DNA of 64,000 nt from Eledone cirrhosa (Eukaryota). The stretch covers positions 87,730,001 to 87,794,000 of the forward strand of contig OZ024743.1 of NCBI GenBank assembly GCA_964016885.1. The letters run 5' to 3'. The notes under the pieces are model-generated. The model was given only the letters and a program-made list of their open reading frames with translations. It made no database searches and had not been told where the DNA came from. Position numbers and translations under genes: made by a program. Below are positions 43,352-55,746 of the stretch, piece by piece; positions within the stretch are counted from its first letter, which is position 1; the number at the start of each line of letters is the position of its first letter.

Positions 43352-45214
43352 CTATTTTGGTGTTGAAAGTGAAGAAAGAAAAGCACTTACCTCTCCGGGT
43401 TGCGTAATTTCCATGGCATCAGGTGTGTTGGGTGGAGGGATGTTTTGTGGTGGTGTGGGGGTACACGTGTGTGGTGGGGTTGGGGTATTTGGAGTTGTGT
43501 CAGGGAGAGGGGCGGTTATGGGGAAATCTTTCAAGAGGACGCGATTCAACGGTTTTAAACAGGGGGGGCTCACGTCCCGTCTAAATTGTTCTTTTAAGGA
43601 ACGATAAAGGTCCAGAGGGACCTTTATCATTTTTAAATGGGTGAAGTTCTCTGTTGAGATAAAGTTTGGCCCTTCGGTCTGCACCATAGGGTTATTGTTT
43701 ATTAATTTAACCAGTTTTTTGTTTTCTTTATTTATATATGTGTATTGCAACGTCTTTTTTTGTGATGCTGTCAATGTTTCGGAGAGGGGAGGCGCAGATT
43801 TATTTTTGTTTGTTGAGGGTGGGGTGTTTTTGATTGGAGTTGGTGTTTGTGTGTGGGTTATTTGTGGTGTGCTGGGTGTGTGTTTTCTTTTTTTTCTTTT
43901 AACTTGTCTGAAGGCTTCTCCTCCTTCTTCTTCAGAAGTTGGGGGAAACTCTTCAGCGCTAGGTGGGAGGGACGTGTTGTGTGGTTGTTTTTTTTTTGCG
44001 GGAGGGGTAGATTTGTTACTGTTTTTTTTATTATTTGTTTGGAATGGGTTTTGTGGTGGTGGTGGTGGTAATGTTTGTGTCGTGCTTGTGGTTGGTAATG
44101 GTGGTGGTGATGTTTGTGTTGTGGTTGGTGGTGGTGATTTTTGTGTCGTGCTTGTGTTTGGTGCTGGTGGTGGTGATGTTTGTGTTGTGTTTGTGGTTGG
44201 TGGTGTCTGTATTTTGTTTGCTGTGTGTGGTATTAGTGTATTTTTGGAGGTGGGTGGTGCTGGTGTACTGTTTGTGGTGGGTGTGGGCAATAGTCCTTTT
44301 TGGGGGATACGTTTCGGGCAGTTAGCCTTAACGTGTCCCCTTTCCATGCATAAATAGCATGCTGGTCTTCTCCCCTCTACAATTATGTCTATTGGGGTAA
44401 GGTCATCCAGCCAGATGCGATCCGGGATTTGTGCTATTCTTTCGGGCCTCATTTGGACTAGTATGTCGAGGCCCATTCCCAGGAACGCATCTCCAGTTGC
44501 CTTCCCCATTGACAGCATAGTGTCTTCGCCCATATCAATGAAGCCAGCAATAGCCCACCAGAAGTCCATTGTGGGCAGCATTGTTTTTACTTTTATTCTT
44601 TGTGTTCTTCTACCCATGTAGGAGGGATAGAAGCTATATGTTGTCGACGAGAGTGGGCTTAGGGAAAGCTGAACCGCCGTTTCTTTGTCTCTTGTTAGGA
44701 CCGAAATGCTGCCATAGAGTCGGTCCTTTCGTATGAAGAGAATATTCTTCATATAGTCTTTTAGGACTAACTCTATTTCCATTTGGCTGGGCTGTGCTGG
44801 CTTTCTTGACTGGTTTAGTATAGTTCTGTATATAACTGTGTTTTCTGCTCTGGCTTTCTTGAATTCTGGGGGGGAGTTAATGGAAAACATTCCGTTCTCC
44901 CCCAAAACAATATGTTTCTTTGCTTCGGCCAGTTTTTCTCTGGCGGCAGTTAGGTCAATTGGTGTGTATGTAATGGATTGCTTTGTTTTCTGGGCGAAAG
45001 TTGCCCTGTCGTTATTTGTATTATTTTCTGTTTGTTTGTTTTCTGTTTGCTCATTTTCCTTAACATTTGTTTTTTCATTTTGTTTGTTTGTTTCAATGTC
45101 TAATTTTGTTGTAATTATTTTTTGTTCTTCAGACTTGGGGGGCGTGGCAGAGCTAATGGCAGACATGTCTGCCATCTTTTCCGCCATGCTGCCAAGAAAG
45201 AAATTTTTCGGCAA
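43352..45214 (-). CDS. LINE ORF1 (nucleic-acid-binding protein with CCHC zinc knuckle and Pro/Thr-rich tail)
   Basis: CYLCMERGHVKANC knuckle preceded by IIVEGRRP; basic VKRKKRK patch; lies directly upstream of ORF2. Confidence 0.88.
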   Translation of the reverse strand: MPKNFFLGSMAEKMADMSAISSATPPKSEEQKIITTKLDIETNKQNEKTNVKENEQTENKQTENNTNNDRATFAQKTKQSITYTPIDLTAAREKLAEAKKHIVLGENGMFSINSPPEFKKARAENTVIYRTILNQSRKPAQPSQMEIELVLKDYMKNILFIRKDRLYGSISVLTRDKETAVQLSLSPLSSTTYSFYPSYMGRRTQRIKVKTMLPTMDFWWAIAGFIDMGEDTMLSMGKATGDAFLGMGLDILVQMRPERIAQIPDRIWLDDLTPIDIIVEGRRPACYLCMERGHVKANCPKRIPQKGLLPTPTTNSTPAPPTSKNTLIPHTANKIQTPPTTNTTQTSPPPAPNTSTTQKSPPPTTTQTSPPPLPTTSTTQTLPPPPPQNPFQTNNKKNSNKSTPPAKKKQPHNTSLPPSAEEFPPTSEEEGGEAFRQVKRKKRKHTPSTPQITHTQTPTPIKNTPPSTNKNKSAPPLSETLTASQKKTLQYTYINKENKKLVKLINNNPMVQTEGPNFISTENFTHLKMIKVPLDLYRSLKEQFRRDVSPPCLKPLNRVLLKDFPITAPLPDTTPNTPTPPHTCTPTPPQNIPPPNTPDAMEITQPGEVSAFLSSLSTPK

Positions 45215-45389
45215 AAATAGATATTTATTTTACCCCCTAAAAAGGGGGTAAATGCAAAAATGTTTCCCTAAATAACAGGGGTTAGTGTTCCAAATGTGTT
45301 GCACTAAAAAATTTATCCGGTACTTACAATAGTAAGGGTAAATCCCGATGGAATAGCGGAGCCGATGCGAAGCGTGTCTTACTCTATCA

Positions 45390-45423
<34 letters not shown>

Positions 45424-45507
45424 TTATTAACATCACAATCTCACCTTGTTGCTAAATCTGAAGTTATGATTTCAGGAGGATTGTATGCGAGTTGGTGGTG
45501 TGAGACA

Positions 45508-45521
45508 ATCACACAGACACA

Positions 45522-45588
<67 letters not shown>

Positions 45589-45635
45589 ACGCACACACAA
45601 GCGCACACACACATACACATACACACATTCACACA

Positions 45636-45688
<53 letters not shown>

Positions 45689-46562
45689 ACACACACATAC
45701 ACACACCCACACACACACATACACGCATACACATACACATACATACATACACACACACATACACATACACACACACACATACACACACACATACACACAC
45801 ATTACACATACACACATACACATACACACACACACAGACGCACACACACACACACACATACACACACACATACGCACATACACATGTATTCACACACACA
45901 TACACACACGCACACATACACGCACACATTCACATACGCACACACACACACACATTCACACACACGCACACATTCACATACGCGCACACACGCGCATATT
46001 CACACACACACACACACGCACACATTCACACACATACGCACAGACACGTATTCACACACACACATACACACACACGCACTCACACACGCACACATTCACA
46101 TACGCACACACACACACACACACACATTCACACACACGCACATATTCACATACGCGCACACACGCAGACATTCAAACACACACACACACACACATTCACA
46201 CACACACGCACACATTCACACACATACGCACACACACGTATTCAGAAACACACACATACACACACGCGCGCGCTCACACACACACATACACACACACACG
46301 CACACATTCACATACGCACACACACACACACACACATTCACACACACGCACACAATCACATACGCGCGCACACACGCACACATTCAAACACACACACATA
46401 CACACACACACACATTCACATACGCACACATTCACACACACACACACATTCTCACACATTCACGCACACATTCACACATACACACATACACACACATTCA
46501 CACACACATTCACGCACACATTCAGACACACCCACACACACACACACATACACATGCACGCA
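45508..46562. repeat. Degenerate (CA)n tract
   Basis: Directly visible. Confidence 0.95.
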
Positions 46563-46920
46563 TACTCTCGGGTATCAAATAATCACCCCACCCTCTCCCG
46601 CTTAATAATGTTTTCCACATACCCCCCCCCCCCCCCTTCACCCCAATCTTCGTTTATTAAATTTTGTTAATCTATCTCAGGCGAAGTTTTATTTTAAGTA
46701 GTAGCATTCCTGCGACAATTAATTTTCTTTAGACATTAAAAAACATTATACATGACAAAACAAGTTCACTACTAGAAATCTCATAGGGTATAAAATAGGA
46801 TGGATTGGGGTCTCAATATGTAAACTAAACGACTAGTACTGGTTTTAAAAAAATCAAGGTTGACAACCTGAAAAAAATTATCCATTTTCCAACCCCACTC
46901 GCTTATTCCAATCCACTCCC

Positions 46921-47101
46921 TGGCAGTATCGGTAGAGGGTCTGACGACATGCTTTGCAGCATAGAGTTACGGCCCTTTATGGTCTGAGTTCAAATCCTGC
47001 CGAGGTTAACTTTGCCTTTCATCCTTACGGGGTCGATAAAATAAAGTACCAGTAATACACTGGGATAATTGCTGGCCTTGTGCCAAAAGTAGAAACAATT
47101 A
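46921..47101 (+). mobile_element. Full-length Meta-core tRNA-SINE
   Basis: A box TGGCAGTATCGG, B box GAGTTCAAATCC, core and tail GTAGAAACAATTA. Confidence 0.85.
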
Positions 47102-47169
47102 TTTGGGATGGGACTCGAGAGTACACATACATTCTATACTTCATACGTACATATACACACCTACTTCAT

Positions 47170-47840
47170 ACCGTCGGTCCACCGTCGGCCCACCGTCAGT
47201 CCACCGTCGGTCCACCGTCGGTCCACCGTCGGTCCACCGTCGGTCCACCGTCGGTCCACCGTCGGTCCACCGTTGGTCCACCGTCAGTCCACCGTCAGTC
47301 CACCGTCGGTCCACCGCCGGTCCACCGTCAGTCCACCGTCGGTAAACGTCGGTCCACCGTCGGTCCACCATCGGTCCACCGTCGGTCCACCGTCAGCCCA
47401 CCGTCGGCCCACCGTCGGCCCACCGTCGGTCCACCATCGCTCCACCATCGGTCCACCGTCATTCCACCGTCGGTCCACCGTCAGTCCACCGTCAGTCCAC
47501 CGTCGGTCCACCGTCAGTCCACCGTCAGTCCACCGCCAGTCCACCGTCAGTCCACCGTCGGTCCACGGTCGGTTCACCGCCGGTCCACCGCCGGTCCCCC
47601 GTCGGCCCACCGTCGGTCCACCGTCGGTCCCCCGTCGGTCCACCGTCGGTCCACCGTCGGCCCACCGTCGGTCCACCGTCGGCCCACCATCGCTCCACCA
47701 TCGGTCCACCGTCAGTCCACCGTCGGTCCACCGTCAGTCCACCGTCAGTCCACCGCTGGTCCACCGTCAGTCCACCGTCAGTCCACCGTCAGTCCACCGT
47801 CAGTCCACCATCAGTCCACCGTTGGTCCACCGTCGGTTCC
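47170..47840. repeat. GC-rich 11-bp minisatellite (CCACCGTCRGT), ~60 units
   Basis: Directly visible. Confidence 0.95.
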
Positions 47841-48340
47841 AACGATGAATGTTGCATTGAATTTCTGGTACAAATCAATGTTGCCATTTGAGTGATGAAG
47901 AACAACGTGAAATAAAGTGTCTTGCTGAAGGACACAACGCTCCATTGGAAATCGAACTCACGACTTATGATTGTGAAACAAATACAGGCAGTGGCGGACT
48001 GGCCAGGTTGCTAGCTTGCCCGATGGCAAGTAAGCCCCAGGGGGCCAACGGTAGCATTGCAAGAGCCCACGGTAACATTGCAGGGACCAGTGTAGTATTT
48101 TAGGAGCCAATGTTTTGCTTTCAAAAAATACCTGAAATCCAAGAGAAAGAATACATTTTTTTTAATAAATAAAACAATTAAACAAAGCATTTGGTCAACC
48201 AATTCCCCGGGGAATTACTAGAAACCAAAATATACGATAGTGCAAATAGCTGGAATCAGTGGTTGTACATTCTACTAAAGCTAAAGCTTAGTGTATTCAT
48301 TCATGCATGAAAACATACATATATAGACACAGACACACAA

Positions 48341-48425
<85 letters not shown>

Positions 48426-48459
48426 GCTTGTGTCTGTGTCTATATATGTATGTTTGAAA

Positions 48460-48980
48460 ATAAGGGGAATTACAATAATGATGCACGGACCTGTAACTGC
48501 CGTATTGGAGAGGAGTGCCCTCTACAGGGAATGTGCCTGACTAAGGGCGTTGTCTACAGATGTGTGGTTACCACGCACAATGATAGGCACACATACATCG
48601 GAGCTACATCCACGACTTTTAAATCGAGGATGTACAACAAGAACTCGTTCAAGGACAGGAACAAGAGACACTCCACCAGAATGGCGGACTTAGTATGGGG
48701 ACTCAAAGACAGTGTAGAGTTTCACCTCAGCTGGAGTATTGTACAGAGAGCGAATGCGTACTCGGCCGGAGAGAGGAAGTGCAAGTTATGCCTGTCCGAG
48801 GCTATGGAGATAGTAAAACCTAAGGGCGACGCAGTCAACCTCAAATCTGAAATCATCATGGCCTGCATACACCAACGTAAATGCACGCTCTCCGCTTTAG
48901 TGATACCGGATGGGTCTACCGAAGGCACTACCGCCATCACAATACCAGGTAGGGCGCGTGCAGCGGACCAAGATATATAA
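48460..48980 (+). pseudogene. PLE GIY-YIG endonuclease fragment
   Basis: [21 protein letters not shown]...TYIGAT..FKSR...CKLCLSE...NLKSE...CIH; no RT upstream. Confidence 0.88.
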
Positions 48981-49757
48981 CACAGCATACCTATGAATGC
49001 ATGTCGAAACAAGCTGATATCAACGACAGACTCAGCGATGCCTACCTCGTAACGTACCCTGGATAGCACCACCACAACAATTTGCGGACGCTGACTCAAT
49101 ATAAGTCTGATTTAGTCTACAACCCTATGTGTTTTAAATTCCCAAATTTTTTAATTTCCAATCTTGGATTTTCGATCTTAGATTCGTGGTGCTTAATTTA
49201 CTGCTTAGATGCCAGACCTGATGCTGGTCTTAAGGTTAATGTCGCAGTTAATCTTAACTTTGGCCGCCATTGATATATACACGCCTACAACACAAGCCGC
49301 TTGCACATTCCAATCATGCATACATTCCACGTACATTTTGTATATACTGCTATGAAACACACACCCTATATATTCCATGTATACATCCACCCCATGTACA
49401 TCTCACATATACTATTATGAAATGGATGTTATACACATCCACAACATATATAACTTGTTTTTTTTTTTGTGTACGCACACAAGGTCCCCATGTGTCCACT
49501 AGCCATGAGACCTGCATCATGTGCAGACTCTTACCCAGTGCCTTAGATCACCAGTCCCCATGTATATTATATAACCATATGCACCACAGCCCTCAAGTAT
49601 TTTATGCAACTTTACGCACACCCCAATAATGTCCGGACCCCCTCTGCATCCTTGTCATGTATACATTGCTTTTTCCAGCATTTTATTTTATTTTATTTTA
49701 TTTCATTTTATTTTATTTTATTTTATTTTATTTTATTTTATTTTATGTACATACAGT

Positions 49758-49801
<44 letters not shown>

Positions 49802-50753
49802 CACCCAAGTTATATGTGATTAGTGCAGGGATACTATGCGGCTATAACATTTATGCATATTGTGCATGCACGTTCGGACTTATATCGCCACATGATCGGG
49901 CTGGGTCCAAGCCTCAAGAACGCTGTCCCATATAATACTATGTGCACCATGTGCACAGATGCGCGTGTGTGTACGGATAGGAGGGTATTCATCAAGTATG
50001 CGCCCTCGATATGAGCGTGCGCAGGTACATGTATGTATGTTCGTCCACGTAGATATGCATGCACACGAGTATGCACATGTTTGGGTGGATGTAATTGCAT
50101 GAACATGTCTGTGTGAGGGTATGAATGCCTATGTGTAGATCTTTCTTTTTTTCATCTGTGTATATATGTGCAGCGTCTCAACTATACACGCTTCCCTGAG
50201 TACAGTGTGTGAGTGTATATATGTGTATATTTATCAAAAATGCCTTCGAAATAACTTTTTTGAAAGGCTGTTCCAAGCATTCGTTTAAAAACGTTCCCTG
50301 TACAGAGTTTTTTTTCTTTTTCTTTTGGAAATATGTATGTTTTAAGGTGTTCTGAGGCTGTGTTCTTGAAACGTTATGCTAAATATTTTTCTAATATTTT
50401 TCTAATATTTTCTAATTTGATTTAAAAATTCCCTCCAAACATTATTTACGGTGATCGTAGCATACAATACAGTTGCTGGTGTGTACGCCATCGGTGTAGA
50501 CGAGGGCGCCTAAAGACAGTGAAGACGTCAAAGTGCCGCCAGCAGTTCAAGCATACAACCCCTTACCTACTACAGTAGTAATTCCGACATAAGAAACAAC
50601 TTTGATTGACAGGTGGAGAATGAAAAGAACCAAATAGCCGACAACCATGAGTGACTAGAAATACCGATGACGTGTACAGCTCTTGACCACTCATAGAATG
50701 ACAACAACATATCGATGTAAAAGGACATAGGAAAATCTGCTTCGTAGAATCAA

Positions 50754-50849
50754 GACGTATCTGAAGACCTTGCGATTTTCAGAGTCAGGTTCGATCATCA
50801 CATCGATCGTTCCTCGAGCTGGTCGCCAGAGAAACGATTGTAATATGTC
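50754..50849 (+). ncRNA. Type I hammerhead ribozyme with extended stem II
   Basis: GACGTAT-CTGAAGA-cCTtGCGA..(47 nt)..TCGCcAGa-GAAA-CGATTG-TA-ATATGTC; 7-bp stem I. Confidence 0.78.
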
Positions 50850-50890
50850 CAATAAATTCCATTCGTCGCAACACTGATTCTCTTTTTTCT

Positions 50891-50919
<29 letters not shown>

Positions 50920-50927
<8 letters not shown>

Positions 50928-51551
50928 ACGTACATACATATATCTATACAGACGTACAGTAATATGTATATATATAAATACATGCACACATATATACATG
51001 CACGTATCGGTTTACCGAACATTTATTATAATACTCGGTTTGTTTCTTTGTAAACAAACAAACAGCCCGAATTACGCCGTACAGTGTTCAGGCAACCACG
51101 TCACCTTTTTGTTCAACACTGACACAGGAACGATGTACTAGTTTCAAGCTTATTAGCTATCGTCAGTATACGATACGTGCATGTATATATGTGTGCATGT
51201 ATAAATATATGTACTTTCAGACGTTCAATCATCTGGCAGGAAGGTATACGTTGCTGACGATAGCTAATAAGCTTGAAACTAGTACAGCGTTCCTTTGTCA
51301 GTGTAGAAAAAATGAGCAACGATGGTTGCTAGACACTGTACGGCTTAATTCGGGATGTTTGTTTACAAACACACCGAGCATTATAATAAATGTTCGGTGA
51401 ATCCATACGTACATATATATATGTGTGCATGTATGTATATATATATATACATACTACTGTACGTCTGTATACATATATGTATGTGTACATACTTATATTT
51501 AAGTAACAGCCGTATTAATAGTGAGAAATGAAATTTCGTTTCATTTTTTCC

Positions 51552-51556
<5 letters not shown>
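50920..51556. mobile_element. Head-to-head pair of the ~432-nt retrozyme-like family; hammerheads at 51131-51172(-) and 51249-51289(+)
   Basis: The plus arm matches 13517-13765 and then 13322-13431. The minus arm is a more diverged inverted copy. The plus-strand HHR is identical to 13553-13593. Confidence 0.8.
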
Positions 51557-51585
<29 letters not shown>

Positions 51586-51593
<8 letters not shown>

Positions 51594-52610
51594 AAGTAAG
51601 TCCTTCATTAGTGACCCTCCAACCGTCCCAGGCATTTCATCGCTTTAAGGGCCATATACCTCAGGTTGGTGCGAACAACGGCTAAAAAAAGGCGTTGGGA
51701 CACGTAAATAAAGGGGACGTTAGGGTAACAAACAAAATGGTTTAAGCAACGGAAAGTGAGAAGAAATAGACAAGTCCCAGATCTCTATGAATATAAACTC
51801 GGTGAAATCGTGAACAAGAGACAAAAGACCATCAAACCTGGTTGAAATGTGAGCAAGGAAGGAATTTCGCACAAGTCTAACGGGGGAAGAAGAAGAAGAA
51901 GAAGAAGAAGAAGAAGAAGAAGAAGAAGAAGAAGAAGAAGAAGAAGAAGAAGAAGGGGTCTGGTCTACGAATTCGGTAAACATAAGTTTTGTGAAGTCGC
52001 AGACGAAAGAGAGAGAGAGAAAAAAATTTCATACCGGCTTGACCAAGAACGCGCGAGAAAAGAATTACACACAGGTCAAACTTGAAGGAAGAGGAGGAAA
52101 GAGGAGGAGGAGAGGTAGTGACAGAGAATGAGTGAGTGAAAGTTGAGGAGGAGGCTAACAGAGAGAGAGACTGCTAGAAAGGGTAAAAGGTACAAAGAAC
52201 GAAACAGACGTGTAGCAGTAGAAGAAAAATTGTGTAAATATGATAATAAGGATGGCTGCGCGTTTCAAATGGTGGTGCATATGAAAAAGTAAGTCCTTCA
52301 TCAGTGACCCTCCAACCGTCCCAGGCATTTCATCGCTTTAAGAGCCATATACCTCAGGTTGGTGCGAACAACGGCTAAAAAAAGTCATTGGGACACGTAA
52401 ATAAAGGGGATGTTAGGGTAACAAACAAAATGGTTTAAGCAACGGAAAGTGAGAAGAAATAGACAAGTCCCAGATCTCTATGAATATAAACTCGGTGAAA
52501 TCGTGAACAAGAGACAAAAGACCATCAAACCTGGTTGAAATGTGAGTAAGGAAGGAATTTCGCACAACCAGGTTTGATGGTCTTTTGTCTCTTGTTTGTT
52601 ACCCTAACCC
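51586..52610 (-). mobile_element. ORF-less partial-tandem element (693-bp period) with a short inverted end
   Basis: 51586-51874 is repeated at 52279-52567; 52565-52608 is inverted internal sequence; (GAA)n inside; (TA)n at the left end. Strand is inferred from PLE-like geometry. Confidence 0.65.
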
Positions 52611-52865
52611 ATGTATATACACATATACATATACATACATATGTACATGTGTATATACATATTTACACACTTTTGGATGGCCGTTGACTCTTATGAGTTC
52701 TTCAGCCCTTTCTCAGGTTTTGATTTTTGTCCTGCAGGGTGTCCAAAAGCACCCTCCTCACCAAGCAAACTTGATGGGGTTGCCGGTTTAGTCGCCGACG
52801 ACCCGACCATGCGACAGCTTGTACTGGGTTACATGTTACCAGTGGCACTCAAGAGTGAGCCGACA
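52611..52865 (-). mobile_element. 5' half of the microsatellite-associated non-autonomous retroelement
   Basis: Reverse complement of ~59179-59430. Confidence 0.8.
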
Positions 52866-52867
52866 TA

Positions 52868-52963
<96 letters not shown>

Positions 52964-53069
52964 TTACACACGAACTACTGACAAAGAATATTTGGTATGA
53001 ATGGGTTAAAGACATCTGTCAAATCAATTAGTGGTGAAGGTGGTGTATATATATATATATGTGTGTGTG

Positions 53070-53114
<45 letters not shown>

Positions 53115-53118
53115 ATAA

Positions 53119-53201
<83 letters not shown>

Positions 53202-53731
53202 ATAACTAGAAATTGATTAACATATAAATAAACATGAATAATCACAGGAGATAATTTTTACAAGTGTGTAAGCACACATAGCTAGGTAGGTAACTAAATA
53301 AAGTTAACCAGAACTTCAAAAATAGATACCTTATAATATAATTAATCTTCCCTGTATATATTCCATTAAAGAAATATATTTCACCAATTAATCGAATGGT
53401 AAACCATGGAGGCCGGTACTTGGATTTTCAACAAGGAAGAAGTCCAGCGATCTATGTTTACACTTCAAGTTCAAATCAGCGACTGGCCAGCAACACGTGC
53501 TGTATCTACTAGAAATACATACATCATACCAGCTTCGTCACAGTGGCGTGAATAGGGTTATCGACAACTAGAAACAGCAGTCAAATCCTTTCAACAGAGT
53601 TAGCTCTACAATTAAGGAGCCGTATTTATATATCTATATCCAAAATTAAGATAATCTTTGATTATCTTAATTTTGGTTATAGATATATAGATATATATAT
53701 ATATATATTTATATGAGTGTGAAAGACCAAA

Positions 53732-53951
53732 GGTCATTATTGAAAGTCTCTGGGTTTCGCAAAATACATATTTTTTTTATTGGAGAAGGTAAGATATTTT
53801 TCCGCAAAAATTTGATTGCACTGTTTTGTTTCTACTTATGTATTTTTTGAAAATGTTATTTATTCATTATACAAATTAAATGATAGCATTCTACATGTAG
53901 GTGGGCCCCCTTCATATGGCAACCAATATTTTTAGACCTAGTCCCCCACTG
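53732..53951. mobile_element. End fragment of a Tc1/mariner-like DNA transposon
   Basis: Ends CCCCCACTG|TA; homologous to 57154-57376 and, in part, 58011-58058. Confidence 0.55.
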
Positions 53952-53952
53952 T

Positions 53953-54597
53953 ATATATATGGCTATGTGTGTATATGGGTGATCCATGCATGTATTTATT
54001 ATGTTTTAATATCTCTATGTGTGCATTGGTTGTGTATACATATGGTTATTCTTTCAATATCCAATTGAGTTCTTATACACGTGGTTAATACCTAACAGGT
54101 TTAAATGACCAGCGTGTATATTGTTTTATTTTAAGATGACCTCCCTTTACCCTTTTGGGGACAGCGTGTATTTTATCTTTGGGAGGACTGCTGGATTTTC
54201 TAATCTACCAGTCTCTTCTTAGCGCTGAGGGAGACCATCACCATTCTATTAATGTCGACATAATTCTTATATCGATATTATTTGGGCATCCACTGATGAG
54301 TTTATAAGAGCCCGCTTGTGTATAAAACTATGGATTATATACAAGTTTCTACATAACCTGGAAATTATTTATCCCAAATTGTAGAAATCTTATAACGAAA
54401 CGGCCGTCTGGAAGGAAAGAGATATTTATTTAATAATGTCTCATATGAAATAATACAACCAGCTATCCACGAAATACTGATTAGTTAGCACCCCAAACAC
54501 TAAATTGGGATAATACTTAAGTATATCCTAATGTTTGTTGAGTGAGATGGAGTTGGTCAGAGTATCGCTTAAGGCTTAAGGCTTTCTCTATTTATGT

Positions 54598-54601
<4 letters not shown>
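53953..54601 (+). mobile_element. PLE 3'-UTR/pLTR-like insert with branched hammerhead
   Basis: Diverged inverted relative at 55747-56290; ends in (TA)n. Confidence 0.7.
54289..54412 (+). ncRNA. Type I hammerhead ribozyme with branched stem II
   Basis: TCCA-CTGATGA-GTTtATAAGA-[CTTGTGTATAA..TTATATACAAG][TTTCTACA..TGTAGAAA]-TCTTATAAC-GAAA-CGGCCG-TC-TGGA. Confidence 0.82.
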
Positions 54602-54647
<46 letters not shown>

Positions 54648-54651
<4 letters not shown>

Positions 54652-54851
54652 GGTTTCTTATATAGACTCAAGGCCATCAATTTGGGGGGAGGGGGAAGTC
54701 GATTAAATCGACTCCAGTGTGTGACTGGTACTTTATTTTATCGACCCCGTAAGTATAAAGGCAAAGTTAACCTCGACGGGATTTGAACTCAGATCATAAA
54801 GGGCCATAACTCTATGCTGCAAAGCACGACGTCCAACCTTCTACCGATACT
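54648..54851 (-). mobile_element. Meta-core SINE
   Basis: Same core; sits in (TA)n. Confidence 0.82.
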
Positions 54852-54853
54852 AT

Positions 54854-54893
<40 letters not shown>

Positions 54894-54921
54894 TATATAT
54901 ATATATATATATAATATATAT

Positions 54922-54954
<33 letters not shown>

Positions 54955-55139
54955 CCCATTCCTTCTAACTAGCCTCTATGTCACGTGATTGATTCTTTAG
55001 AATCGGCCATTTGACTGGAAGCAGTGAGAATTTCAGTACATAGAATCCAGTCCTCGCCTAGCTGTTCTTTCTACCGAATTATTATTTTTATATGAGCCGC
55101 CAGTGTCCGCGCATTGCCTGGAGGCTCAGCTGAGAATAG

Positions 55140-55221
55140 ACTCCCTGATGACGCAATGAATTCTCGACAGTTGGATTATGTAACTGTCTTTATCCCATTG
55201 AAGAAACTAATTAGTTGGAGT
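55140..55221 (+). ncRNA. Type I hammerhead ribozyme with extended stem II, in a ~465-bp insert between (TA)n tracts
   Basis: ACTCC-CTGATGA-cg-CAATG..GACAGTT..AACTGTC..CATTG-aa-GAAA-CTAATTAG-TT-GGAGT. Confidence 0.72.
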
Positions 55222-55417
55222 GAAAATTTAAGTAAGTAAGTAAAAAAAAAAAAAAAATTTTTTTAAATTTTTTTAAAAAAATATTTTCTTATTTTACGTC
55301 TTTTATATTATTGTTCTGCACCCTCCTGCATTGAACCACCTAGGTACTATGACATAACCTGTGTATTTGCTGGCATGGACGTACATCTGTGCGCCTATGT
55401 TAGTTGATATATTAAAT

Positions 55418-55448
<31 letters not shown>

Positions 55449-55492
55449 TATAATATATATATATAATATATATATATAATATATATATATAT

Positions 55493-55572
<80 letters not shown>

Positions 55573-55607
55573 TTCCAAACTATATAAGGAACACTTGTGA
55601 CTGTTTA

Positions 55608-55647
55608 TGCCCTTGAGAAGCCCAACTGGGCGAAACGTACGTAGGTG
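55608..55647 (+). ncRNA. Variant-core hammerhead motif in a ~140-bp insert between (TA)n tracts
   Basis: TGCC-CTTGAGAA-GCCCA-ac-TGGGC-GAAA-CGTACG-TA-GGTG, then AATAAA; the 5' core deviates from CTGANGA. Confidence 0.5.
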
Positions 55648-55705
55648 ATATTTTCAATAAACATGTTTTAACGGTCTATTCTCCGATTTTTCACTTTCCC
55701 ACGTG

Positions 55706-55746
<41 letters not shown>

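Larger units (their letters stand above)
39685..45390 (-). mobile_element. Full-length L1/Tx1-clade non-LTR retrotransposon
   Basis: 5' UTR, ORF1, ORF2 and a 3' UTR ending AAATAAATAGAAAT. (GACA)n(GATA)n lies on one side and (GATA)n(GACA)n on the other. Confidence 0.92.
48423..50894 (+). mobile_element. 5'-truncated PLE with long 3' UTR and terminal hammerhead, between (TA)n tracts
   Basis: GIY-YIG remnant, then a ~1.9-kb UTR, the HHR at 50754-50849, AATAAA at 50851 and (TA)n. Continuity of the UTR is inferred. Confidence 0.7.

Noticed and set aside
45440-45505. Possible minus-strand micro-exon ending AAG|GTGAG
   Set aside because: An isolated donor-like motif with no recognisable protein or partner exons.
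47080-47895. ORFs with PPSVHRRSTVG repeats; possible CRISPR-like array
   Set aside because: An 11-bp tandem repeat with no unique spacers, in a eukaryotic context with no cas genes.
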